Of a stretch of 64,000 bases of DNA, positions 54,595 through 64,000 are shown one piece after another. The notes beneath the pieces were generated by a model. It did no database searches. It had not been told where the DNA came from and saw nothing but the letters and a program-made list of their open reading frames with translations. The position numbers and the translations under genes were made by a program. Every line of letters starts with the position of its first letter. Position 1 is the first letter of the stretch. This DNA comes from Thermoplasmatales archaeon SW_10_69_26 (GTDB lineage: Archaea; Thermoplasmatota; SW-10-69-26), in contig PXUB01000038.1 in NCBI GenBank assembly GCA_003009755.1, positions 55,730 through 119,729 on the forward strand, in the 5' to 3' direction.

Positions 54595-54750
54595 TCTCTC
54601 GATCGTCGAGGTCGGCCCTCCCGGGGAAGGCTTCGTGGCCCTCCACGACTCCCCTTGGACGAGGGCGAGGTCCTCGGCAGCGTCGTCGGGGTCTGGGATC
54701 ATCCCAGACAGGCCTCGGTCAAAAGTTCGGACGTGTCGAGGTCAGCCTGA
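54595..54750 (+). pseudogene. degenerate sixth copy of the surface-protein repeat
   Basis: GEGFVALHDS..|EGEVLGSVVGV with frameshift, downstream of the stop. Confidence 0.6.
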
Positions 54751-54774
54751 GGGACGGGGGGACGATCCGGCAAC

Positions 54775-55920
54775 CTACCCCCGGATCCGGGCCAGCGCGC
54801 CGAACAGCTCGTCGATCTCGTCCTCCGTGTTGTAGAAGTGCGGGGAGACGCGGATGCCGCAATCCGGGCGCCAGTCGACGACGATGCCCTGCTCGGCGAG
54901 CTCGTCGGTGGCTTGCTCGGCGCCCTCGAAGTCCAGGCACACCATGCCGCCTCGGCGGTCCTCCTCGCGCGGGGTGCGCACGGTGAGATCCTGGGCGTCG
55001 GCGTGGACGAGGATGCGGTCGGTCAGGTCCAGCGATCGCTGGCGGATCCGATCGAGGCCGACCTCGCGGATCGCCTCCAGGCCCTCGCGCGCGGCCACGA
55101 GTCCCGGGACGTTGGGCGTGCCACCCAGGAACCGGCGGGCGCCCTCGGCCGGCGGGCCCCGGCCCTCCAGCTGCTCGTAGGCGAAGGGGTCGGCGAGGCC
55201 GAACCAGCCGCGCAGGCGCGGGTCCAGCTCCTCGGCGACGTCCTCCCGCACGTACAGGTACCCGGCACCGGGTCCCCCGCACAGCCACTTGTGGCTCCCG
55301 CCGACGAAGAAGTCGACGCCCAGCTCGGCGACGTCCACCGGGACGACCCCGACGCTCTGGTAGCCGTCGACGAGCGAGTAGGCGCCCGCCTCCCGGGCGG
55401 CCTCGACGACGGGCTCCAGCTGTTGCAAGGCGCCCGAGCGGAAGTAGACCTGGCAGGTGTGGACGAGCAGCGTGCTCTCGTCGACCGCATCCGCGATCGC
55501 CTCGGCCGGCACCCTGACGCCATCGGGGCTCTCGACGACCTCGATCTCGGCGCCCAGCTCCTCGAAGCCGCGCCACAGCGGGTAGCTGGTCGTGAACTCG
55601 AGGTCCGTCATGACGATCTTGTCGCGGCCCTGGCTCGGGTCGAGGGCGCTGGCGACGCCGGCCATGCCGCGCGTGGCGTTGAGCATCGGGGCCACGGTGC
55701 CCTCGGGGGCGCCGAGGATCCCGGCGATCTGCTCGTTGAACGTGGCGATCGCCTCGGCCCAGGGGCCCTCCCAGGCGCCGATGCCCTGCCTGGCCCAGGC
55801 CTCGTGGTAGCCCTCCAAGGCCTCCTTGGCCGAGGCGGGGACGGCGCCCAACGAGTGGCTGGCCAGGTAGGTCTCCTCCTCGAGGATCGGGAACCGTGAT
55901 CGCAGCGGGGCCGCGGACAC
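54775..55920 (-). CDS. kynU: kynureninase-like class V PLP enzyme
   Basis: YLASHSLG, DGYQS.G, GSHKWLCGGPG, GWF; next to TDO. Confidence 0.75.
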   Translation of the reverse strand: MSAAPLRSRFPILEEETYLASHSLGAVPASAKEALEGYHEAWARQGIGAWEGPWAEAIATFNEQIAGILGAPEGTVAPMLNATRGMAGVASALDPSQGRDKIVMTDLEFTTSYPLWRGFEELGAEIEVVESPDGVRVPAEAIADAVDESTLLVHTCQVYFRSGALQQLEPVVEAAREAGAYSLVDGYQSVGVVPVDVAELGVDFFVGGSHKWLCGGPGAGYLYVREDVAEELDPRLRGWFGLADPFAYEQLEGRGPPAEGARRFLGGTPNVPGLVAAREGLEAIREVGLDRIRQRSLDLTDRILVHADAQDLTVRTPREEDRRGGMVCLDFEGAEQATDELAEQGIVVDWRPDCGIRVSPHFYNTEDEIDELFGALARIRG

Positions 55921-56161
55921 GCAGACCGAACCCCGTGGGGGGCCAAAAACGCCCGGGGCTCGGCTCGGCCGAGGACCGGCGGCCCCGGGGCCTGGTCGGG
56001 CCAAGGGCCGGTGTGAACGAACGGTTCCCGTGGCCGTGCCGGAGGCTGTCCCGTGGGGCTGACCGACGCGGACCTGCACGGCATCCTCGACGACGTCACC
56101 GCCGCCTCGTTTCGGCCCACGGGCCCGGATGATCCCGCGTGAGGGGCCTCTCGAAGCGCGC

Positions 56162-57019
56162 TCACGTGTCCAGCTCGGTCGGCGTGGGGACCTCGTCGGC
56201 GCCGAGGTAGGTGCGCACGTCCCACAGGTGGGGGAAGCAGCGCTTGTCGGTCGTCTGCTTGAGGTAGCCGACGCCGCTGGAGCCGCCGGTGCCGCGCTTG
56301 TGGCCGATGATGCGCTCGACGACGCGGACGTGATGTTCGCGCCACAGGCCCATCGTCTCGTCGAGCTCGATCAACGCCTCGGTCAACAGGTACAGCGGCA
56401 GGTTGCCGTCGGGCTCCATGTAGAGGTCGGTGAGCGCGTGCATCACGTTGTCGCGCAAGTCGCCGTCGAGCGTCTCGTGGGTGGGCTCGGCCGGCAGCGG
56501 GTAGCCCTGGTCGGCGAGCATCGCGTAATACGTCGTGCGCAGGTCGGGCTCCTCGAGGCGGCCGGCCAGGCGCTTGGCCGCGTCCTCGTCCAGCATCTCG
56601 AGGTAGCGTTCGTCCTTGAGCCCGCACGCGAACTCGATCTCCCGGAACTGGACGCTTTGGAACCCGCTGGCGGGGGCCAGGCGATCGCGGAACTGGAGGA
56701 ACTCGACGGGTTCCATCGTCTCGAGGATGTGGATCTGGTCGACGAGCAGGTCCATGACCTCGACGATGCGGTCGACGAAATGCCGAGCGCCGAGGATCTC
56801 GCCCTCGCGCATGGCCTCCATGGCGGAGGTGAGCTCGTGGCGGATCAGCTTGAACCACAGCTCGTAGGCCTGGTGGATGATGATGAACAGCATCTCGTCG
56901 TGGTGGGCCGGCTCCGAGCGCGGCTCCTGCAGGTCGAGCAGCTCGCGCACCGTCAAGTACTCCTCGTAGGTGAGGTCGCCTTCGCCGTAGGCGCTCGGCT
57001 GCTCCCCCGAGTTGGACAT
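56162..57019 (-). CDS. kynA: tryptophan 2,3-dioxygenase
   Basis: HDEMLFIIIHQAYELWFK, ASGFQSVQFR, RIIG.K.GTGGSSGV.YL. Confidence 0.96.
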   Translation of the reverse strand: MSNSGEQPSAYGEGDLTYEEYLTVRELLDLQEPRSEPAHHDEMLFIIIHQAYELWFKLIRHELTSAMEAMREGEILGARHFVDRIVEVMDLLVDQIHILETMEPVEFLQFRDRLAPASGFQSVQFREIEFACGLKDERYLEMLDEDAAKRLAGRLEEPDLRTTYYAMLADQGYPLPAEPTHETLDGDLRDNVMHALTDLYMEPDGNLPLYLLTEALIELDETMGLWREHHVRVVERIIGHKRGTGGSSGVGYLKQTTDKRCFPHLWDVRTYLGADEVPTPTELDT

Positions 57020-57079
57020 GTCTGTCCAACCGACACGGGTGGGATAGCCGTTTCCCCCGGCCGAGCGAGGGCCTCCCCG

Positions 57080-57652
57080 CTAGGGGTGAGGCTGGCGGGC
57101 CTCGACGAGGTAGGTGAACGCGCCGGTGTCGTGGGTCTGGACGTCGTCGAAGCGGCGCTCGATCATCGCCGTCAGATCCTCCGGCGCGAGGAAGCGGGAC
57201 CCGAAGCGCATCACCACGTTCTCGCCGAGCTCGATGGCTCGCCCGATCGGGTGGCCGGGGTCGATCTCCTAGACGGCGAAGCCGCCCTCGGGGCGGAGGA
57301 CGCGGGCGATCTCGGCGACGATCGCCTCCTGGTCGGGGGCGAAGTGGTGGAAGGCTTCGGTAACCGTGACGGCGCCCACGGAGGCGTCGGCGAGCGGCAG
57401 GTCGACGCCGTCGGCGAGGATCGGCGCCACCGATCGCTCGGCGCGACGGGCGCGGGCGAGCATGCCCCGGCTGCGGTCGGCCAGCACGCGCGGGGAGCGC
57501 TCGGCGTGCAGGCTGCCGGTGAAGCGGCCGGTGCCGCCCCCGAGATCGAGGCCGGGCCCGTCGAGGTTGGCCAGGGTCTGGCGGACGGTGTCGGGCTGGG
57601 TCGGAATCGGCAACAGGTCGTAGATGCGGGCGAGCCGATCGAAGCGCGCCAA
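57080..57652 (-). CDS. class I SAM methyltransferase interrupted by in-frame TAG at 57269-57271
   Basis: LDLGGGTG, AFHHF, RVLRPEG; protein-like frame continues 62 codons past the TAG. Confidence 0.75.
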
Positions 57653-57656
57653 GGCC

Positions 57657-58322
57657 TCACCGCTCGTAGGTGCCGGTGAGGGTGTCCTCGGCGATGACGG
57701 CGCCCTCCATGGCGTTCTCCAGCTCTTCGCGTTGGGCACCCTCGTCGACGTCGAGCTGGGCCTCGAGCGCGAACAGCTGGAACCGGTAGCGATGCGGGCC
57801 CTCGCCCTCGGGCGGGGCCGGGCCGTCGTACCGCTCGTTGCCGAAGTCGTTGGCCCCCTGGCAGCTGGCGTTGAAGGCCTTGCCGTCGCCGCTGGGCGGG
57901 TAGCCTGCGGCGATCGTGTCGGCCTCGCCGGGGATGTTCCACATCAGCCAGTGGACGAGGGGGTCCTCCCGCGGCGCGTCGGGGTCGTCGACGATGATGG
58001 CCAGGGTCTCGGTCTCGTCGGGAACGTCGGTCAGGTTCAGCGGCGGCGAGGCGTCCTCGCCGTCGGCGGTGTGCTCCTCCGGGATCGGCTCCCCGTCCGC
58101 GAACGCGTGGCTTCGGATCTGCATGGCCGGTTCCTTCTCGTCGGTCTCGTTGGTGTCCTCGTCGGTGTCGCCTGGCTCCCCGGTGCCCGGCTCGGGGGTC
58201 TCGTTCTCGGTCGCGTTCTCCGGGGTTTGCCCACCGGCTTCCTCCTCGGGCGGCGGGGCCGGATCCTGCCCCGCGCAGCCGGCGACGAGCACCACGACCG
58301 CCAACAACACGACGCGGCGCAT
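57657..58322 (-). CDS. YbhB/YbcL (PEBP) family lipoprotein
   Basis: lipobox VAGC; DDPDAP, HW, YDGPAPP, HRY.F. Confidence 0.9.
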   Translation of the reverse strand: MRRVVLLAVVVLVAGCAGQDPAPPPEEEAGGQTPENATENETPEPGTGEPGDTDEDTNETDEKEPAMQIRSHAFADGEPIPEEHTADGEDASPPLNLTDVPDETETLAIIVDDPDAPREDPLVHWLMWNIPGEADTIAAGYPPSGDGKAFNASCQGANDFGNERYDGPAPPEGEGPHRYRFQLFALEAQLDVDEGAQREELENAMEGAVIAEDTLTGTYER

Positions 58323-58440
58323 CGCCGGGGAACCCGCGAGCAGGCGGGTAAGCCTTCCGCCGAAAGCTGTCCGAGCCGGCCTCGGCGGCTGTCTAGGTCA
58401 ACCCAACGCCCATCACCCCCCAGGTGCCTGGGAGACCCCG

Positions 58441-58800
58441 ATGCCCACGGACGGGGACCTCGAGGCCTTCGGCGAAGACGTTGCCCGCTTCTGCGAGGAA
58501 CGCAAGTGGTCGCAGTTCCACACGCCCAAGGATCTCGCGATCGGGCTGACGACCGAAGCCAGCGAGCTGCTGGAGCTGTTCCGATTCCTCGACGAGCAGG
58601 ACATCCAGGCGCGGCTGGGCGACCAAGCGTTCGCCGAGGAGGTCGAGGACGAGATCGGCGACGTCGTGTTCTTCCTCGTCCGCCTGTGTCAGGTGCTCGA
58701 TCTCGACCCCGTCGAGGTCGCCCAGGCCAAGCTCGCCAAGAGCCGCGAGAAGTACCCCGCCGACGAGTACGAGGGCGACAACTGGACGGTGCTCGAGTAG
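58441..58800 (+). CDS. MazG-like nucleotide pyrophosphohydrolase (DCTPP1-like)
   Basis: R.W.QFHTPKDLA....E.SELLELF, DEIGDV, KYP. Confidence 0.9.
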   Translation: MPTDGDLEAFGEDVARFCEERKWSQFHTPKDLAIGLTTEASELLELFRFLDEQDIQARLGDQAFAEEVEDEIGDVVFFLVRLCQVLDLDPVEVAQAKLAKSREKYPADEYEGDNWTVLE

Positions 58801-58849
58801 AGCGTCCCGCAGCGGACCCCGTCAACGGCGCGTTCCGAGCTCTCGACCG

Positions 58850-59434
58850 TCACTCGAGCCCGCCGACGGTGCAGGTTCCTTCGAGGAACGTGTCGTAGGT
58901 ACCGGTGTGCTGCCAATCGAAGGTGAACGTCGCCTGGTTATCCACGGAGGCGTAGGCTGGCTCGGGAGCGTTGATCGCGACGAACAAGCTCACCGTGAAC
59001 TCGGGATTGGCCAACCCCCACCCAGTGACGTTGACGGTGTGCTCGCCGGGTTCGATGTCGCGCCGGACGCGCTCCTCCAGACCCGGGCCAGCACGGACGT
59101 TCAGTTCGCCGGTCGTCGTGGTGTTCACGTCGCCGGGTTGCCAGTCCAAGCGGATGGTGCCGTTCACGATGCGGAACTCCTCGCTGGTGTCCCCGAGCGC
59201 CACGCAGTTGTTGTCTGTCGTTTGGCCTCTGTTGGCGCGGACGTGCGTCCATGCCAGATCGAAGGACTCGCTCACTTCGGATACGTTCGAGAGGCTATCC
59301 CCTCGGCTCGCGTTCGCTGGTCCCTGCGGTGTTCCTTCCCCTTCCGACGTCGGTTGCGCTGGCTCGGTTCCCCCGAAACAACCGGCCGTGACGAGCAGCA
59401 GGATCACCACCGCGCCTGCAGAGAGCCACCTCAT
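58850..59434 (-). CDS. hypothetical lipoprotein
   Basis: lipobox TAGC; GGTGA SD; lower GC. Confidence 0.7.
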   Translation of the reverse strand: MRWLSAGAVVILLLVTAGCFGGTEPAQPTSEGEGTPQGPANASRGDSLSNVSEVSESFDLAWTHVRANRGQTTDNNCVALGDTSEEFRIVNGTIRLDWQPGDVNTTTTGELNVRAGPGLEERVRRDIEPGEHTVNVTGWGLANPEFTVSLFVAINAPEPAYASVDNQATFTFDWQHTGTYDTFLEGTCTVGGLE

Positions 59435-59440
59435 GTAGGA

Positions 59441-59858
59441 TCACCTAGTCCGTGGAGACCTCGTTGGGATCGGAGAGAGCTCCACCGCCGGGGAGCCGTG
59501 CTCGGTCTCGACGCAGTCGTCGACGCAGAGACCGCCGTCATCATCGCCTCCCCCGCCGCCATCACAGTGGACATGGTGCAGCTCGCCAGACGACGAGCCC
59601 CCACGGGATCCCGAGTCGTCCACCTCGGCTTCGTCGCTTTGCGGGTCGGAGCAGAAGCCTGAATCGTCCGCACAGCTAATGTCACCTCCAGCGCAGTGGA
59701 AATAGCCGGAGACGCCCTTCCGTCCTCTCCTCGAACGCTCACGGAAAGGTCGCCGCCCTCTACGCAGCTCTCCGAGCTTTCCTCGCGAGCCACGACAGAC
59801 GGTGCAGGTATCATAAGCAAACCCAGCGCTGCTCGCCCACCGATTGTTTGCGGTTCAT
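59441..59858 (-). pseudogene. frameshifted secreted Gly/Cys-containing protein
   Basis: MNRKQSVG|RAALGLLMIPAPSVVA signal-like start and an acidic Cys/Gly tail lie in different frames. Confidence 0.3.
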
Positions 59859-60259
59859 TGTTTCTTCTCCCTAACGGCCGAACCCGTTCGGCGCCTGGAA
59901 ACCGCCTGTGAACTGATAGGCTCTTCGGTGGTTGGATGGACTCCCTCACAAAGACTCCAACGGTCCCACCATTCCCTGGCGCTGCAACGTCCCCCTCTCC
60001 GGCGTCCCTGGGCTTCCTGCCCTCCTTTCTCTGGGTCTGGGCTCCCCTGCTCCTCTGCGGGCTTTCTCCCCAACCTCGGTCGACGATGGCGCCCAAGCAG
60101 CACTAGCCGGCCCAGACGGCGTCGGAGGGGTCGGAGCACTCCCCGGGTTAGCCTGATAGACGAGGACGGGCACGCCGAACTCGGTGCCTTGCTCGACGAC
60201 GGGCTCACACGCACGGCCAGCCGTCAGGCCTATCAGCTAGGAAACCGAACCTGGGCTCG

Positions 60260-60553
60260 ATGTCCCGCGGCCTCGAGGGTCCCCGGGCGACGCTAAACGA
60301 GCTGAAGTGGCGCTACGACGCGCTCGCGGAGGCCATCCTCGCGTTCGAGGACCGGGAGGCGCCCGACGGCGAGGCGCGCGCCAGCGGGGCCGACATCGTG
60401 GATCTCGGACGGTCCTTCATCACGCTGGAGCGCGAGTTCGGCGAGGTCCAGCTGCCCTACCATCGGGTGCAGGAGATCCGCCGCGGGGACGAGGTCGTGT
60501 TCGACCGCGACGAGATGGGTGGCGAGCCCGGGCAACACCCGGAGCCCGGGTAG
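60260..60553 (+). CDS. DUF504/UPF0248 (MJ1316-like) protein
   Basis: PR..LNELKW, LPYHRV.EI. Confidence 0.75.
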   Translation: MSRGLEGPRATLNELKWRYDALAEAILAFEDREAPDGEARASGADIVDLGRSFITLEREFGEVQLPYHRVQEIRRGDEVVFDRDEMGGEPGQHPEPG

Positions 60554-60611
60554 CCTCTCCGATCACGCCGTCCCTCGGCCGAGTGACAGCCCGGCCAGCA
60601 CCGTGGCCTAG

Positions 60612-60800
60612 CTAGACTGCCGCGTCGGGGTCGTCCATGACGAGGTAGAGGACGAGGTAAACCACGAGTCCCAACCCGGTGGAGAGGAGAGTGAGCACGA
60701 CGTACAGCACGCGGACGAGCGTCGGGTCCAGGTCCCACTCCTCGGCCAGGCCCCCGCACACGCCGCCGAGGATCTGATCGTTGGATCGTTGGAGCGCCAT
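60612..60800 (-). CDS. PspC-domain protein
   Basis: L.RS.D..LGGVCGGLAE...DPTLVR. Confidence 0.85.
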   Translation of the reverse strand: MALQRSNDQILGGVCGGLAEEWDLDPTLVRVLYVVLTLLSTGLGLVVYLVLYLVMDDPDAAV

Positions 60801-60807
60801 CGCCGGC

Positions 60808-60978
60808 TCATGCCGGCGGGGGCAGATAGAGCACCACGTAGAGGGGGAGTCCGAGCCCGAAGAGGACCAGACTGGCGGCGTAGAGCGTGCGGAGGACCAT
60901 CGCCTCGACGCCGAGGCGCTGGGCGAGGCCGGCGCAGACGCCGGCGATGATCCGATCCTCACAGCGGCGCAGGTCCAC
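60808..60978 (-). CDS. second PspC-domain protein (absent from the ORF track)
   Basis: VDLRRCEDRIIAGVCAGLAQRLGVEAMVLR...LY. Confidence 0.75.
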   Translation of the reverse strand: MDLRRCEDRIIAGVCAGLAQRLGVEAMVLRTLYAASLVLFGLGLPLYVVLYLPPPA

Positions 60979-60994
60979 GCCGCCGCCTCCTCGG

Positions 60995-61216
60995 CTACCA
61001 CTCCTCCTCGGAGGAGGACGACGAGGAGGAGGATCCGAACGTGATGACCGCGTAGGCGATGGCGGCCAGCGCGACGACGGCGCCGAGCACCATGCCGATC
61101 GTCTGGGCCTTGGAGCGCCCGGGGCTGATCTGGTTGGCCAGCTCCTCGCGGGCCTCGTCCATCTTCTCCATCGCCTTCTTGTTCACGGTGGACGCCGAGG
61201 ACTTCTTCAGCTTCAT
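60995..61216 (-). CDS. small single-TM protein
   Basis: 73 aa, one TM helix, Ser-rich tail; co-oriented with the PspC pair. Confidence 0.55.
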   Translation of the reverse strand: MKLKKSSASTVNKKAMEKMDEAREELANQISPGRSKAQTIGMVLGAVVALAAIAYAVITFGSSSSSSSSEEEW

Positions 61217-61326
61217 CACCCCTCGGTACTGTCTCGGGGCCCTTGAAACGTCTGTGCCGATTTCGTCCCAACCCCGGCGGTTGTCCCTCTCGGCTTTTCC
61301 GTCGAGAGGTGGGAGAAGCACGGGCG

Positions 61327-61464
61327 ATGAGCGAGGATCAGCGTACCTGTGACCGTTGCGGGAAACCGATCGAGGGTCCAGGCTCGGTGACGGCGGATCG
61401 CGGCGAGGCTGTGTGCTTGGCCTGCGCGCATCCGGCGCACCGGCGCGACCGGCAGGCGGCCTGA
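61327..61464 (+). CDS. 45-aa zinc-finger microprotein
   Basis: CDRCG...CLAC. Confidence 0.6.
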   Translation: MSEDQRTCDRCGKPIEGPGSVTADRGEAVCLACAHPAHRRDRQAA

Positions 61465-61562
61465 GGCGCCTGACCCCTGGGGTGAGGCGGAACCGGACGG
61501 CCTGGGGGGCTCGAGGCGGCGGGACCCTCTCCCGCCTCGTCGACGCCCCGAGCGCCGGTCGC

Positions 61563-61706
61563 TCAGGTGAGCAGTGCCGGGTCGATCATTCCTTGGTCGG
61601 AGAGCTGTTCGCCGAGCTCGCGCATCTTGACGTACTCTCTGATTTGGCGTTCGAGCTCGGGCTCGATCCCTTCGGGTACCGTGAGGTGGACCTCGTTGGC
61701 GTGCAT
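61563..61706 (-). CDS. 47-aa hypothetical protein
   Basis: MHANEVHLTVPEGIEPELERQIREYVKMREL; protein-like composition. Confidence 0.4.
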   Translation of the reverse strand: MHANEVHLTVPEGIEPELERQIREYVKMRELGEQLSDQGMIDPALLT

Positions 61707-61821
61707 GGCATCCCATCCTGGCGCGGCCCGCCCGCGCCATCGTGGAAGTCCCCCGAGTCCTGCATAACGGTTGGGGAAGCGCACCAGGTCCAGAGCGGTA
61801 TCGGGTCCAAGCCGCCCCGGC

Positions 61822-62628
61822 TCAGCCGAGGGGCCCAGCGAGCTCGCGCGCCCACGGCCCGGGATCGCCGGCGCCCACCGGGGCACCATCGAGCTCCACG
61901 ACCGGCACGATGCCGGGCCCGGTGAAGGTCACGAACAGCTCGCGGGCCTCCTCGAGCGCCGAGCGCGGCAGCGGGCGGACGTGGACGTCGATGCCGAGCC
62001 GGTCGGCGGCCTCGCGGACGCGTCGGCGCGTGATGCCGGGGAAGGCCGGCGGCGAGGGGGGCGTGACGAGCTCGTCGTCGAGGCGGGCGAAGACGTTCGA
62101 GCGGGTGCCGCAGACGACGCGGTCGGAGCCGTCCAGCATCAGGCCCTCGAAGGCGTTGCGCCCGCGGGCCTCGCGGTGGGCCATGATGCGCGGCAGGCAG
62201 GGCGCCTTCACGTGGGCGGGCCAGGCGTCGGTGGGTGCCGGGATCGTGGACGTGACGGCGACGACGCCCTCGGCCAGGTCGCCGTAGCGGGCTGGCGTGA
62301 CGGCGACGCGGACGTCGGCCGAGCGCTCCTCCATGTGCAGGCCGACGGGTTCCCCGTTGGCGTGCAGGCTGACGCGGAGGACGCCGGTCTCGTGGTTGCT
62401 GCGGGCGAGGGCGTCCTCGATCGCCTCGTCGACGGCTTCCCAGCCGCCGACCGGGCCCAGGCCCAGCGTGCGGGCGCCGCGAGCCAGCCGTTCGAGGTGG
62501 GCCTCGCCGTCGACGAGGACGCCGTCCTCGACGGCGATCGTGTCGAAGCAGGTGAGCCCGAGCAGGCGGTCGGCCGAGCGATCGGGCTCGGTGGCCGGTT
62601 CGCCGTTGACGAGGACGACGTCGCTCAC
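61822..62628 (-). CDS. pabC: class IV aminotransferase, probable aminodeoxychorismate lyase
   Basis: FDTI...HLERL..GA, EGLMLD, SNVF, PGITRR; coupled to a PabB-like gene. Confidence 0.8.
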   Translation of the reverse strand: MSDVVLVNGEPATEPDRSADRLLGLTCFDTIAVEDGVLVDGEAHLERLARGARTLGLGPVGGWEAVDEAIEDALARSNHETGVLRVSLHANGEPVGLHMEERSADVRVAVTPARYGDLAEGVVAVTSTIPAPTDAWPAHVKAPCLPRIMAHREARGRNAFEGLMLDGSDRVVCGTRSNVFARLDDELVTPPSPPAFPGITRRRVREAADRLGIDVHVRPLPRSALEEARELFVTFTGPGIVPVVELDGAPVGAGDPGPWARELAGPLG

Positions 62629-63830
62629 ACGGACACCTCCTGGGCGACACCCAACGCCTCAAGCAGGGCTTGGGCTTTGGCCATCGATTCGGCGTGTTCG
62701 CGCTCGGGGTCGGAGTCGGCCACGATGCCGGCGCCGGCTTGGACGTGGGCCCGGCCGTCCTGGAGGACGAGCGTGCGGATGAGGATGTTCCAGGTACTCC
62801 ACTCCGGGGTGACGAGGCCCAGCGAGCCGGTGTAGGCGCCGCGGGAGACGGGTTCGAGCTCGTCGATGATCTCCATCGAGCGGCGCTTGGGGGCGCCCGA
62901 GATCGTGCCGCAGGGGAAGAGGGCCTCGAAGGCGTCCCAGGCGTCGGCCTCGGGAGCCAGACGGCCGCGGACCTCGCTGACGAGGTGCATGACGTGGCTG
63001 TAGCGTTCGATGATGGCGTCCTCGGCGACCTCGACGGTGCCGTGCTCGGCGACGCGGCCGAGGTCGTTGCGGGCGAGATCGACGAGCATCGCGTGCTCGG
63101 CGCGCTCCTTGGCGTCGGCTCGCAGCTCCCCGGCGAGGGCTCGATCCTCCGCGGGCGTGTCCCCGCGGGGGCGGGTGCCGGCGATCGGGCGGGTGACGAG
63201 CTGGCGGCCGTCGACGTCGACCAGCAGCTCGGGGCTGGCGGAGACGAGCGTGACCTCGGGCGCGAGCACGAGCGCCTGGTAGGGGCTGGGGTTCATCGAC
63301 CGCAGCTGGTGGTACAGCCTCGTCGGGTCGCCCTCGAGGTCCATCGAGGCGCGCAGCGAGAGGTTGACCTGGTAGCTGTGGCCGGCCTCGATGTAGGCCT
63401 GGGCCTTCTCGACCATCGCGGCGAAGCGGGCTCGGTCGTGGGTGAACCTCGGGTCGGCGGCCTGCACGCGGGCCCCGGGCTCGGCTTGGGGGACCTCGGC
63501 GATCGGCTCGGCTTCGCCGTGGCGGGAAAGCTCGCCGGTCCGGTGGTCGATCGTCCAGCGGGCATCGACGGGGAAGCTGGCCAGCTCGAACCCGAGATCG
63601 GGCCCGTGGTGGCTCTCGATGTCCTCGAGCGCGAGGCCGTGGTCGAAGGTGGCCAGGCAGACGTGCTCGCCCTCGGTCGGTCGACCCAGGCGGGGCTCGG
63701 CCAGCCGGCACAGGTGCGTGTAGCGAGCCGCCTGGCTGCCGGCGGGGGAGTCGAGCAGGGCCACGCGGTGGCCAGCCTCGTGGATCCCGCGGGCGTGGGG
63801 CAAAAGGTCGGTCTCGCCGGGCTCGGCCAC
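62625..63830 (-). CDS. pabB: chorismate-binding enzyme (aminodeoxychorismate/anthranilate synthase component I)
   Basis: YQVNLS, SPELL, PIAGTRPR, KERAEHAMLVDLARNDLGR, GAPK, GAGIVADS. Confidence 0.85.
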   Translation of the reverse strand: MAEPGETDLLPHARGIHEAGHRVALLDSPAGSQAARYTHLCRLAEPRLGRPTEGEHVCLATFDHGLALEDIESHHGPDLGFELASFPVDARWTIDHRTGELSRHGEAEPIAEVPQAEPGARVQAADPRFTHDRARFAAMVEKAQAYIEAGHSYQVNLSLRASMDLEGDPTRLYHQLRSMNPSPYQALVLAPEVTLVSASPELLVDVDGRQLVTRPIAGTRPRGDTPAEDRALAGELRADAKERAEHAMLVDLARNDLGRVAEHGTVEVAEDAIIERYSHVMHLVSEVRGRLAPEADAWDAFEALFPCGTISGAPKRRSMEIIDELEPVSRGAYTGSLGLVTPEWSTWNILIRTLVLQDGRAHVQAGAGIVADSDPEREHAESMAKAQALLEALGVAQEVSV

Positions 63831-64000
63831 GCGTTCCAGTGGGGGCCGGCGGTGAAAAGCGTTACTCGCGGACCTGTACTGGCTCGCAGGGCTCGGCCAT
63901 CGTCACGGTGGCCGCGGTCGTTCGTACTCGTCTGAGACCGAGCGCGCGGTGTCCATCAGCCCTCTGCCGTGATTGGAGACCTCCCTCCCCGGTCGGAAAG

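Noticed and set aside
60612-60622. CTAGACTGCCG as a third MITE copy
   Set aside because: Only ~11 bp match and it is the coding end of the PspC gene

Overview
High-GC archaeal DNA encoding a strongly acidic (salt-in type) proteome. 16S motifs (GGAGGAGCGTGCGGTTTAATTGGATTCAACGCC, GAATATGCCCCTGCTCC) point to a halophilic Thermoplasmatota lineage rather than Halobacteria; this is an inference that needs a phylogeny. Core content: a branched-chain/pyruvate 2-oxoacid dehydrogenase set split by an IS6 element and a lower-GC island, gltX, a linked 16S-tRNA(Ala)-23S-5S operon, paaB/paaC-like genes, a subtilase, tRNA-Cys, trmJ, a FEN1-like gene, a GT2, a DabA/DabB inorganic-carbon pump with an Lrp regulator, trkA/trkH, kynA plus a kynureninase-like gene, and pabB/pabC. 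Most interesting items: (1) a lower-GC island with a secreted 10-Cys precursor, an FKBP-like protein and an ABC exporter (halocin-like cassette) carrying two different MITEs; (2) a CGTTYG-N8-CRAACG palindrome repeated in four neighbouring promoters around a wHTH regulator; (3) a di-iron ferritin-like/E2-acyltransferase fusion; (4) two in-frame ambers that both sit in CTAGG, the product expected from 5mC deamination at CCAGG; (5) a +1 frameshift at CUU-C joining two tandem beta-helix modules. Several other lesions (lost stop codon, ~100-nt gaps in 23S and FEN1) may be assembly errors and need read-level checks.
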